A stretch of 64,000 nt of DNA from Ruditapes philippinarum (taxonomy: Eukaryota), in contig NW_026856706.1 in the NCBI RefSeq assembly GCF_026571515.1, positions 1 to 64,000 on the forward strand. Reading direction: 5' to 3'. Positions within the stretch are counted from its first letter, which is position 1. Every line of letters starts with the position of its first letter. The position numbers and the translations under genes are program-made. The notes beneath the pieces were generated by a model, which saw only the letters and a program-made list of their open reading frames with translations, searched no databases and had not been told where the DNA came from. Positions 1 to 11,800 of this stretch are shown one piece after another.

Positions 1-574
1 TTTTTATTCCTGATTTAGAAATATTCAAATAACGGCCCTAGAGCATGATCGATGCTTATTACCCGCCCGACGAAAGTAGCACAGAATGTGGAATTATTTG
101 CCATTAAAGAAGGAAAATGTAAACAAAGTAGGAGTTTGACTTCCATACAAAAATTCCTGTGAGTGTACTTATTCCAAGAAACAAAAGGCTTTTAAGGTTT
201 TAAGTATTCATTCGTTGCCGTATGATTATATTCCAATGTATGTTTATTTATGAATAGTTAACAAAATATTGCATTCCTTCAAGTGATTAGTACACAGAGC
301 GTTAATTCCGTGCAAGACGAACTTCCATTGATCTGTAGCAATCACACGGTAACAGCAGAAATGCGGATGTCCTATCTGCGACAACCCCCCCCCCCCCCCT
401 TAAAAAGAAAATAAAGTTTATGTAAAGATAGACAACTTCACGAGATATCCGACTATGTGAAAACTCGGGTAAAAGTCGACCTAACTACATGTTTAATCAA
501 ATTTTGATTAGAAGAAAAACAACGATTAAAGGTAAGACGACCGTTATATATATTAGTCCAGTAATTTCGACATT

Positions 575-808
575 TGAGCCGCGTCACGACAAAACCAACA
601 TAATGGGTTTGCGACCAGCATGGATCTAGACCAGCCTGCGCATCCGCGCAGTCTGATCAGAATCCATGCTGTTCGCTTACCAACCCTATAACAAGTAAAG
701 AAACTGATAGCGAACAGCATGGATCCTGATCAGACTGCGCGGAAGCGCAGGCTGGTCTGGATCCATGCTGGTCGCAAACGCACGTTGGTTTTGTCGTGAC
801 ACGGCTCA
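575..808. mobile_element. ~235-bp palindromic MITE (TGAGCCG..CGGCTCA family), copy 1
   Basis: ~100-bp arms are near-perfect reverse complements (gacaaaaccaac..gcgaccagcatggatc..cgcagtctgatcag / ctgatcagactgcg..gatccatgctggtcgc..gttggttttgtc). Two more copies at 41326 and 42042. Confidence 0.85.
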
Positions 809-1259
809 TTTATCAATTTTAACAAAAACCTGCTCATTGGTTATTAACTGGGATGTTTGGACGAATTGTTAAATTACTAATAGCAACCGTTCATGTGATG
901 GATTGAACGCATACAGAATTACAGATACCATTTTATGGTGCAATGAATTCGGATTTTTGATCCGATCTGACTTAGGACTGTTTTTGATCATTTATAAGTA
1001 TAGGAGTCATAAGTTAGGACCTTTTTTAAGACTTTCTTTGAAACGCAAAATTGTCACAATTTTTATCCTAAGACAAACTTAAGACTTAGGACTCTCCATG
1101 AAACGCAGCCCTGAGTTTGATACATACGGAATTTTGCAAAACTAGTGTTGCATCAAAAAATCATTTATGTTCATTTTTATGACAGCCACTCTTTGTCCTC
1201 GCATATCATGGCTACTTCCTTAACAAAGATACTTAAAAAAGAATTTAAAAAAAAAAGTT

Positions 1260-1328
1260 TCCTCGACTGGATTTGAACTCCAGACCTCTCACACACTAAG
1301 CGAGTGCGTTACCCCTGCACCACGGAGA
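1260..1328 (-). pseudogene. tRNA-like sequence (Thr-AGT-like arm); pseudo-tRNA or SINE head
   Basis: Minus strand has an A-box-like GTGGTGCAGGGG, an anticodon arm CTCGC-TTAGTGT-GTGAG and a B-box GAGTTCAAATCC. The acceptor stem pairs poorly. Confidence 0.4.
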
Positions 1329-2169
1329 AGTTATACAAACAATAACTGAATAACATCAAGTCATTCTAAATTTAGAACTTCCATTGCATTTCGGGTTTGT
1401 AATCCTTATTAATTTCGAGTTATTTTGTTCAGGATAAACCTGTTGTTTAAAATTGAAGTAAATAATTTAGCGAAAATCTTCTCGCCCAAACAGTCCGACA
1501 TGTAGAATCTCTATATTCCACTACTCGGTTTGTGTAGTATTCGGTAATCGACATCGCTAAAAATAGTATTTTCATTGATAAAATCATATTCATCCGCGTA
1601 ATTTGTGATTGTGCATTTATTGACAATTCTATAAGCCAACGCTACTTTTAAACTTTGAATGCGTTGTAATTTGTTTGATACTTGTAACAAAATAAAAAAT
1701 ATTTCTTTCTTTTAAAATGCTAGTTTTAAGCTGTTTTGAGAACTACTTGTTGTTAGGCTTGTCGTGAAACTTCTGTGTCAGAGATTGAATGTCCGCTTTG
1801 TAGTTACTTATCTTCGATCAGAAAATACAATTAAACAATATTAGAAATCTTCGACCATTCGGGAATTATTTTGCTTGAAAATTAATGCGTCTGTCTTGAG
1901 CCATCTTTACGCAGTGATCTCCCCTGAATTTTTTGGCGTTAGTGTACATATAAAGGGAAGTAACCGCTTCAAAAAAGCGGACTATTTTCGGCATTTGCAA
2001 TTAACAGCATTAGACTCTGAAATTTCGCTAATTTCTGACGACCCAAACAAATAAAAATCACAAAATTGGAGAATAGTAAACCCAAAGAGCGAGAGCTGGA
2101 AACATCTTCTAGTGAGTGTCTATTATGTTTGTTCAAATAAAAGCCCTGGGGTCAAAATTGGCCCTGCCC

Positions 2170-2860
2170 CGCCTTCTTTATTTCTAAAGGGACCAACGTC
2201 ATTCTTGAAAAATATATGTTCCTTATCATTAACAACGTCTTATGTGACAAGATTCATAACTCAAGCACTAATATTAAAAGAATTATCTCCCCATTTTTAT
2301 ATTTTTTTTACTTGAAAAATGTTATTTTTACTATAACTTCTTTAGTTTTAAAGGTATCTACCTCAAACTTCAAATACATATTTCTTTAACTCTTGAAGCA
2401 ATATTTTCAGACTTGTCTCCCTTTGTGAACTTAGAATTTTCTTTAAAAAAATATTGTAACTTCTTTACTTTTTAAGGTATCAACTTCAAACTTCAAATAT
2501 ATATTTCTTATCATTACACACATGTTGCATGACAAGGTTCATAACTCAAGCCTGACTATTTGCAGAATTATTCCCCTTTGAACTTGGAATTTATGTTAAC
2601 AAATGTTATTTTTTACTATAACTTCTTGTCATATGGAGAAGAGTTGTAAAACGCAAGCTCCTGCATTCCCAGAATTATCTCCATTTAATTTTTTAACTTA
2701 CAATTCATTCTTTAATATTATCTTTGTTATTAAAAATGATATCTACTCTAGACTGATGATAAATAATTGTTCTTTTTCATCACTCACATCATGCATGACA
2801 AGGTTCATAACCATAGCATCTTTTACAAGAGTTATTTTCTCTTTGAACTCATTATTATAC
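2170..2860 (+). repeat. Degenerate array of ~160-bp monomers (gacaaggttcataactc motif), fragment of the same family as 24937-26120
   Basis: Recurrent tcaaacttcaaatatatatttcttatcat..gacaaggttcataactc..ccctttgaacttagaattt blocks are shared with 25080-26010. Confidence 0.7.
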
Positions 2861-2862
2861 TT

Positions 2863-3986
2863 TAAACAAGAGGGCCATGATGGCCCTGGATCGCTCACCT
2901 GACACAACCGCAGCCAAACAATGTCTTAAACAAGCATCATGGCCAAGTTTGATGACAACTGAGTCAAACAAGTGACCTCTAGTGTGTTAAAGATTTTTCC
3001 ATATTGGGGCAATGTGACCTAATTTTTGACCGGACACGACCTATATTCAAACTTGACCTAGAAATCATCAAAACAACCTTCCTAACCAATTTCCAGGAAA
3101 TTTGAATCAAAACTGCAGCCACTAGAGTGTTAAAAAGATTTTTCTATTTTTAGCTCCTGTGACCTAGTTTTTGACCAGATATGACCAATCTTAGCAAGTG
3201 ACCCAGAAATCATCAAAACAACCTTCCTGACAAATTTCCAGAATATTTGAATCAAAACTGCAGCCACTAGAGTGTTAACAAGCTTTTTCTATTTTTAGCT
3301 CCTGTGACGTAGTTTTTGACCTGAGATGACCCATCTTCGATCTTGACCCAGAAATCATCAAAACAACCTTCCTGACAAATTTCCAGAATATTTGAATCAA
3401 TACTGCAGCCACTAGAGTGTTTACAAGCATTTTCTATTTTTAGCTCCTGTGACCTAGTTTTTGACCGGAGATAATCCATCTTTGAACTTGACCTAGAAAT
3501 CATCAAAACAACCTTCCTGACAAATTTCCAGAATATTTGAATCAAAACTGCAGCCACTAGAGTGTTTACAAGCTTTTTCTATTTCTAGCTCCTGTGACCT
3601 AGTTTTTGACCGGAGATAAGCCATCTTCGAACTTGACCTAGAAATCATCAAAACAACCTTCCTGACAAATTTCCAGAATATTTGGATGAAAACTGCAGCC
3701 CCAAATGTGTTAACAAGCTTTTCTATTTTTAGTTCCTGTGACCTAGTTTTTGACCAGAGATGACCCATCTTCAATCTTGACTTAGAAATCATCAAAACAA
3801 CCTTCTTGATAAAATTTCCAGAATATTTAGATGAAAACTGCAGCCACTAGAGTGTTAACAAGCTTTTTCTATTTTTATTGATACAAATATTCTGGAAATT
3901 TGACAGGAAGGTTGTTTTGATGATTTCTAGATCAAGTTCGAAGATGGATCATCTCCGGTTAAAGACTAGGTCACAGGAGCTAAAAT
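2863..3986 (-). mobile_element. Truncated non-autonomous Helentron/HINE-type element with a 145-bp tandem array, ending in an inverted monomer
   Basis: 3' hairpin agggccatgatggccct plus subterminal repeat cgctcacctga at 2869-2902. ctgcagcc recurs at 3113, 3258, 3403, 3548, 3693 and 3838 (period 145). 3884-3986 is a reverse-complement monomer. Confidence 0.78.
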
Positions 3987-5078
3987 TATGCCATTTTTGA
4001 CTTGAGACTTAACCTCTTCATTTTTTAAGTACTGAAAAACATTCTCCTGTCTTGTGCCAGCAGATTTTGTTTCTTTTTTCAAGAACTGATTTAAAGTGAA
4101 CTTACTGATAGCATAACTACTACAAAGCTTCAGGGTACACATAGTGGAAATTTCATTTTAGTGTTGGCTTAACATAACAAAAATGAAAAAGTTGATAAAA
4201 ATGTGACTTAATCTACATTCAAAAAGTTTAACAGCATATTGTTGGAAAAGTGACTATTTACAATACAGTATTGACAGTTTTTGCTGCAGGAGTTACCAGT
4301 ATAGTGTCTTATTAAACGAAGATACAATACATGATGTAGTTACACCTATCTGCTCCCCACATTTTAATACTAGCTTTGTCCAGTAGTTACCTCCCTTCAT
4401 TTTGATATTCTATGAAGCTCTTTTCTCACCAATACATTGTGATAAAGACTTGTTTTCAACTCTGACTCTACATTTAAAGTTGTTCAGACTTCCCTTTGAT
4501 ATAATTTCTTGTAACTCTTAAGTTACCTCCCTTGATGACCAAGTCTAAAAATGTTTAAGTATTTTTAGCAAAACAGGAGAGTTTTCTATTTCTTCTATTT
4601 TTCCCTTGCAAGCTATAGTCTTGCTAACAATCACATATGGTTATACCCAGTAGTCACACCAAGTCAAAATGTTATAAAAACATTTATTAAACATTTCACA
4701 GAATAAGATGCACCATGACATATATTACTGGTAAATGAAAGAACAATAAAAACAATTAAAATCAGCATTTTTGTCCCATTAATTCATTTAAACAATATTC
4801 TGATAAAATTCTGAATGAAAAGCATAAATGGTTCACTATTTGATTATGCAGAAGTGCCTTTTCATTCATCAACAGGTGGGTAATTAATTCTGTATCAGAA
4901 TTTACAGGTTTTCTTGATTAAAAAAACTGACACTCTTACACATCAATACTTTCAGAAAACATCAAATTATACAAAATCCAAATAAAGCTATTAAAAAATA
5001 CACACACATAATTACAAGACAACCCAAAATGCATAAATTAAGATTAGATCAAATTTAAAATAACAATGTGAAAGATAT

Positions 5079-5330
5079 AACAAAAGCTATCTGCAAGACA
5101 GCGTGCTTGACTATTCATGATGCTCGACAGTAAGAAAAGGAGCATAACTCTGTAAAAAGGTAACTAAGAGCTAACGCACAAGTGCAATGCTAGATAATCT
5201 TCTCAAGTGTGTGAAGTTTCAAACCATTTCCTTCAGTAGTTTTGGAGATGCAAAAACATAACAAAAGTGTGATGGTGATGCCAACAGCCAAACCAGGGTG
5301 AGAACAAAGCTCTCCCTATTGTTATAATAG
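5079..5330 (-). mobile_element. Short degenerate HINE-type element related to 24937-26120
   Basis: The ends (caaaagctatctgcaagacagcgtgcttgacta; gagaacaaagctctcc) are degenerate reverse complements of the 24937-26120 termini. Confidence 0.5.
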
Positions 5331-5949
5331 ACAATTTCATTAAAGCATTAATAGGTATTGTTAGATTTCAAATCTAAACTGAGCAAGCTTTTCATTTTAT
5401 AATAATGTTGTGTTGTGTTTGGTGTAGCACCAGTTAACCCTTGTCACTAAATCCTATACAAATAGTAGTGTATTTCAACAAATAAATGAGAACTTCTCTT
5501 TTATATGAATCATGTAATAACAGCTGTGCAAGACTGGAGGATGAATGGAATACATAAAAAAATGTCATCAACCAAATCTTCACAAAAAACAGATGCTTTG
5601 CCCAGTACAACATAGTGAATGCGAGGTCTGTAGACCAAAGTTAACAGTAACTAAATACCAGTAAAGGAATCTGACAAGCTAAACAATATGGATAATCGTT
5701 CTCCAAAATACTATTTAAATTTTAATATTGTGACACTTGTTAAGAAAATAATTTGAACTAGCTGATGACCAACAAAATGTATGCAATATGTTTCACTTAG
5801 CAACAGTTACAAAATTGAAAGTAAGGGAAAATGAACCATGATGCTAATTTATTGTTTATAAGATACCATAACCAGTGCTATTTGAAATACTCATTTGGAT
5901 TAATGTCTCTGTGATCTTCAAATTCTCCATTAATTTGGAAACTATTGAT

Positions 5950-6203
5950 TTAAAGGAACTCAACTGAGGTCTAAAAGCCTAAACATATAAAATTTGAAGT
6001 TGTTACATAAATCAACTGGAGCACTGAGAAAAATATGCAAAAGATAACAAAGAAATACATGTATGCTCTGTATTAAATAAAAAATATTTGTTTTTGCCAT
6101 GAATATTAGCTGGATCTGAATTAAAAGCATTTTTGCATAAATGATGCACAAATCTCAAAAACTATTTCCAGTCCCTTCATGTTAAAACACCTCAGTTGAA
6201 TAC
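5950..6203. mobile_element. TTAA-flanked MITE (AGGAACTC.ACTGAGG TIR), same family as 26955-27318; right end eroded
   Basis: ttaaaggaactcaactgagg..cctcagttga; shares the internal motif atttccagtccc.tcatgt with the 26955 copy. Confidence 0.6.
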
Positions 6204-6464
6204 ACAATATCATATAGTTTGATTACAGAATAAATACACATTAAATGTTTATCTTTTTCATGATTTTGCAAGTTTTATTATATAACCTGGGACAAAAAAT
6301 TTGTCCAAGATATAACTTATGCTTCGTTAACAAACATATACAATGGTAACCATGCCCTGCTTTGAAAATGAACCTGGTAATTGATTAGTATAAATGGGTT
6401 AATGTTAAAAAAGATAAAATTGAGCAACTTTTTTATGTAAGAGAGTCCGGCCATGATTTTTAAT

Positions 6465-7386
6465 AAACAAGAGGGCCAAGATGGCCCTAGATCGCTCACC
6501 TGACCCGTCAAACTCATCCGAACAATTACCTAGACAATTGTTCTGACCAAGTTTCATGACAGGTGTGTCAAAAATGTGACCACTAGTGTTAACAAGGATT
6601 ATCTATATTTGAGCAGTGTGACCTAGTTTTTGACCCCAGGTGACCCATATTCGAGCTTGACATTCGAGCAATTGCCTAGACAAGCATCCTGACCAAGTTT
6701 GATGATAATTGAGTCAAAAATGTGACACTAGAGTGTTCACAAGGTTTTTCTATTTTTAGCTCCTGTGACCTAGTTTTCCATCCGAGATAAATCATGTTCA
6801 AACTTATCCAAGCATCGACTAGACAAGCATTCTGATGATTGGGTCAAAAATGTGACCACTAGACTGTTCGCAAGGTTTTTCTATTTTTAGCTCCTGTGAC
6901 CTAGTTTTCCACCCGAGATGACCCATGTTCGAACTCATCCAAACAATAGACTAAACAAGCATCCTGACAAGGTTTCTTAATAATTGGGTCAAAAATGTGA
7001 CCACTAGAGTGTTCACAAGGTTTTTCTATTTATAGCTCCTGTGACCTAGTTTTCATCGGAGATAAACCATGTGCAAACTCATCAAAGCAATTATCTACAC
7101 AAGCATCCTGACAAAGTTTGATCATGATTAGGTAAAAAATGTGACCACTAGAGTGTTCAAAAGGTTTTTCTATTTTTAGCTCCGCTGACCTAGTTTTCCA
7201 TCCGAAATGACCCAGTTTTGAACTCATCCGAGCAATTGACTAAACAAGCATCCTGACAAAGTTTGATGATGATTGAGTCATAAGTGTGACCACTAGTGTG
7301 TTCACAAGCAATTGTGGACGTACGACGGACGACGGAAATTCACCGATCCTAATAGCTCACCCTGAGCAAGCTCAGGTGAGCTAAAA
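6465..7386 (-). mobile_element. Complete non-autonomous Helentron/HINE (DINE-1-like) element with ~145-bp internal tandem repeats
   Basis: One end has hairpin agggccaagatggccct plus cgctcacctga. The other end has a (gacg)n microsatellite and the palindrome agctcacc..gagcaagctc..ggtgagct followed by an A run. About 5.5 monomers are related to the 2863-3986 array. Confidence 0.82.
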
Positions 7387-8134
7387 AAAACCCAAAAACA
7401 TTGAGTAATATAATTGACAGTTTAAACTTTGTTTACAATAAGAAAATTAAGTAATTACATTACAATTCAAAAATTGGTTTACCTTAAGAAAAATTTGTAA
7501 ATCAATTGACAATTGTTGTGTGACAATGGAAAGAATAACAATTCTTGAACTCGGATTAAAAACATAGTATACAGATATATGAATATATGGTAACAACGTT
7601 CTGCATAATAAGTAAAAACACAATACATAACAACAAATGACAAGGCCATTTTCTTAACAGGAGATTCTTTTCACAACAAACCATCACCATTACTTTAATG
7701 AGAAGAAATCTTACAAACTCTATGATGAGGAATTACATCATTTTACATACATTTCTCTTCTTACAAGTATCATTTAAATTGTTTTAACTTTACAGCTAAG
7801 AATTAAACCTGTCATGAGTTATACAAGTTTAAACTGTCATAAGCCACTTAACCATTCAAAACCATTTCAAGGAAGTTACTTAAACAATCAAAACAACTTC
7901 ATGGAAATTAAAATGATATTTGTCTTTTAAGAGGCTGTTTGTTTCCAGTAATATGTCAAAATATCTCAACTTAAAAACAGCTCACTAAAGATTTTGGCAT
8001 CAATAATTTAGGCTCATGTGTGTATTTTTTTTACATTATTCCTTATTCTTGAATGTTTAACATCAATTATAATAAATAGATTCCTTACATAAAGCAAAAA
8101 GTCTAGTACCTTAGTACAGAAAATACAGTTTAAC

Positions 8135-8489
8135 TTAAAGCTGCATGCCTCCAGATGAACCAAAAATATTTCAAGAAAATCAAACTTGACAAAAATGCAC
8201 TAAGATTTTAAGGAAAGTATAAAGATTTAAGATTCAAGTAATAATCTAGATGTTATCTGCGCTGAATGACTGATTTTGCAGTATTTATCACCATTTTTCT
8301 ACAGTGTGACTAACACAGTTATGCCTTATTTTGATATTTTTACCTACTTTTCATAATTTACGCGGATTGTAAAATAATGTTTGAAATGTGGAAATTACTT
8401 TCTTTGTTCACTTCACAATATTTTACTTTTTTAATACATTTTCAAAATTTTCATGAAATTAGCATGAATCTGGAGGCATGCTGCTTTAA
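8135..8489. mobile_element. TTAA-flanked MITE with AG..CT termini (Kolobok-like)
   Basis: TTAA + agctgcatgcctccaga ... tctggaggcatgctgct + TTAA (17-bp TIR, 1 mismatch). Confidence 0.75.
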
Positions 8490-8842
8490 AATTCAGGGAA
8501 TATTGCACTGTTATGATACATACATAAACAAATATACTAAGTACTAATATAAGTTTAATATCAATATTTTAGTAAAAATACAATTTTGTTCTTTTCTGAA
8601 GACACATTAATTAACATGAAGAATAAAATGTAAATCACAACAATTATAAATTGTGTTCCTCAAAACATTTAGTTACGACAGTATTGTAATGACCTCTCAA
8701 AACTGTCCAAGAATTACCATGTAAGCAGCTCTCCAGTTATAAGTATGTAAGTATATATAGGAGTTAGCTTTCTGTGCCATTAGCTGGACATGCATATTCA
8801 TTATCATTGTATATGCCAGTATTGGCATGACTAGATGATTCT

Positions 8843-11800
8843 TCAGTTAAACTTTTTCTTTGTTGCTGTGTATCTTTCCATATACTGTAACAGAAAAAAT
8901 GTTTGTAATGTATTTAATAACTCTACAACTTCTACAAACATTATTTACAATGATGTTTGTTTAGTTTAAACATATTTTATTTAGCAATTTTACAAGAATG
9001 TATCATACTATCATTTACATCATAATATATATGGATTGGAAATCAAGGATACATGTATATGGATCGGAAAACAAGCATATGTTATATCAATTCCTTTCCA
9101 TAATGGAGTTTCGTCTTCATTATTTGTTTGTTTGTTTAATTGTTTGTTCAAATTACATAATGTGAATTTTAAATGCAATATTCAATCCCCCAACCAAGTG
9201 GTTTAGCTTAAGTAAAATTATAAGAAATGCTGACCACAAGGAAAGATCGTTTGATCTTTAACACATGTATAAGAAAGAAATTTTCAATTTATTTCATGTG
9301 TTTGACCTTTTCAATGATTTCTGCAGTGTTAACATACATGATGTCATAATTCTCATGTTTAAATACTTCTATGACAGGTATGGATTTCCTTATATTTTAA
9401 TATTTCATGCACAAATGTTTATTCTGTTCTTTATAAGGTTGATATTGAACAGTAAAAATACAAAACACTCATGTACCAAATAAAAAGATTTTTATGGTCT
9501 GTACATGGATGTTTCTGATGAAAAGACTTTTTAAGACTTCATTTTAACCCTTTACCCCATGTATATGTGAAACAACGCACTTTCGACCCCCCCCCCCCCT
9601 CTTTAAGGCCTCAAATAGTGAAGAAATGTGCTATTTGGGCCCCAAATACATGTTTTCATTTGAGAAATGTTGCTAAAAAAAGTGAGCACTTTTTCGGCGC
9701 CGCCCCCATCCAAAAGATACATCAGGGGGTTGCCAGAAGAGCGATGTGCCCCCTTCTGTTTGGGGGGTTTGAAGGGGGGCGGTAGTCCCCCTCATCGCCA
9801 AGAAAATTTTGGACTTGTGATAGGCTAAAAATGACTCCAGATCGATCATAAGGTAATGTGTAACCAACCCTGAAAAGCCTTTGACTCCATCTCAATCCCG
9901 TGAGAAGTTGCAGCACTTTGAAATAAATTTTGATGGAAAAAGTCAAGGCAAAATAGTGATTTTTGGCAATTTTGAGACGTCCCCTCGTTGCCATGGTAAC
10001 AGGAAATTTAAGACTGAGCATGTCGTTACAAAGGCAATGGTCCAGTCAACATTTGTGCCAAGTTTGATTAGTATTGAAGGATTTTTCATAGTTTCATAGC
10101 AGTTTGAACTTGTAACAGGAGGCTTTTCAATGAAAACGGCCATTTTTCACAATATGCTCATGAGGGAAAGGGTTAACCAAAAAAAATGAAAAATGTTACA
10201 AAACAACAATTTTCCACCAAAGTTAGGTGAAAGACCACGTTAACTAGATTTTGGGTAATTCCAAAGTTTTTCATCATTTTTTGTTAACCCTTTACCCCAT
10301 ATATACCGTTCTATTTGGGCCCCAAATACATGTTTTTGTTTGAGAAATGTTGCTAAAAAAAGTGAGCTCTTTTTCGACGCCGTCCCCCATCCAAAAGGTA
10401 CATCAGGGGGTTGCCAGAAGGGGGATGTGCCCCCTTCTGTTTTGGGGGTTTGAAGGGGGGCGGTAGTCCCCCTCATCGCCAAGAAAATTTTGGACTTGTG
10501 AGAGGCTAAAAATGACCCCAGATCGATCATTAGGTAATGTGTAACCAACGCTGAAAAGCCTTTGACTCTATCTCAATCCCTTGAGAAGTTGCAGCACTTT
10601 GAAATAAATTTTGATGGAAAAAGTCAAGGAAAAATAGTGATTTTTGGCAATTTTGAGACGTCCCTCGTTGCCATGGTAACAGGAAATTTAAGACTGAGCA
10701 TGTCGTTACAAAGGTAATAGTCCAGTCAACATCTGTGCCAAGTTTTATTAGTATTGAAGGATTTTTCATAGTTTCATAGCAGTTTGAACTTGTAACAGGA
10801 GGCTTTTCAATGAAAACGGCCATTTTTCACAATATGCTCATGAGGGAAAGGGTTAAAAGTCGTTTTTTTAAGTTCCTATGACCTTCTTATGCATCTGACT
10901 TGAGCTACTTTTTACAGAGAGCCACCCAAGGATCACTCTTGTAAAATTTTGTCACAATTGACCCAGTCAGATGTTTAAGAGAAATGATGTTTTAATAATC
11001 TGTTCATTACTACGGAAAATGTGAAATGACAAACCACAGACAAAGTACATGAACCACTCCTTATAACCTACCTGTGAACCCTTTAACAAGCTAAAAATAG
11101 GAACAACTTACATCATCATAACCTTCCAAGTTATTAAATTTTTTCATATCAAACACATTGCCTTCAATAGCTAGGAGTGCTATCTGTGACTGTTTCATTA
11201 TCCTAGGTGTAAGTGCCGTAATCTCTAAACAATTCTCCTCCAGTCTCAACACCTTTAACCTTGGCCATTCCGCAATACAGTCAGGTAAGGTAGATATCTG
11301 AATCATCAAAGCAGTATTTAATGATTATAACAAAGCATGATAAAGAGAAACCAAGCTCACAATATAGAATAATGTCAGTATCTTTTTTACCATTAAGTCT
11401 ATGAAATTAAAGTAACATTTTCAGCAGTATTTTTAAAATATTAAGTGATAACTGGTGGCAAAATATGCTATAGCAAATTAAAAAGCTGTACAGTCATGCT
11501 ACATGTACTTTATTATCTTTATGGTCAAATCCGTGGAGAATTTTAATGAAATCCCTGCTATTGTATTGAATGCAAAAAAAATTGCAATAAATTGCATAAG
11601 AAAACAGATGCAAACAAATATTCTACAGTTTACATCATTACAGACAGCCAAATATTGTTTAATGATACAATAAGGATTTTTCATGACAAAGTATAATTTT
11701 TAAGTAAATTCAATCAATTATATATTGTAATACATGACCACTAGATATAAGATGTCATAATATATATATGCACTTGTTTGGAATATATAGATCTGAAACA

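Noticed and set aside
1260-1328. Functional tRNA-Thr gene
   Set aside because: The acceptor stem does not pair properly; treated as a pseudo-tRNA or SINE head.
3267-3795. Repetitive ORFs (KTRSQELKIEK), also at 7030-7227
   Set aside because: Chance frames through the 145-bp array; the frame shifts with each monomer.
9567-10823. Several overlapping 60-100 aa ORFs, some duplicated
   Set aside because: They lie within the two GC-richer piggyBac-like copies and show no transposase motifs.
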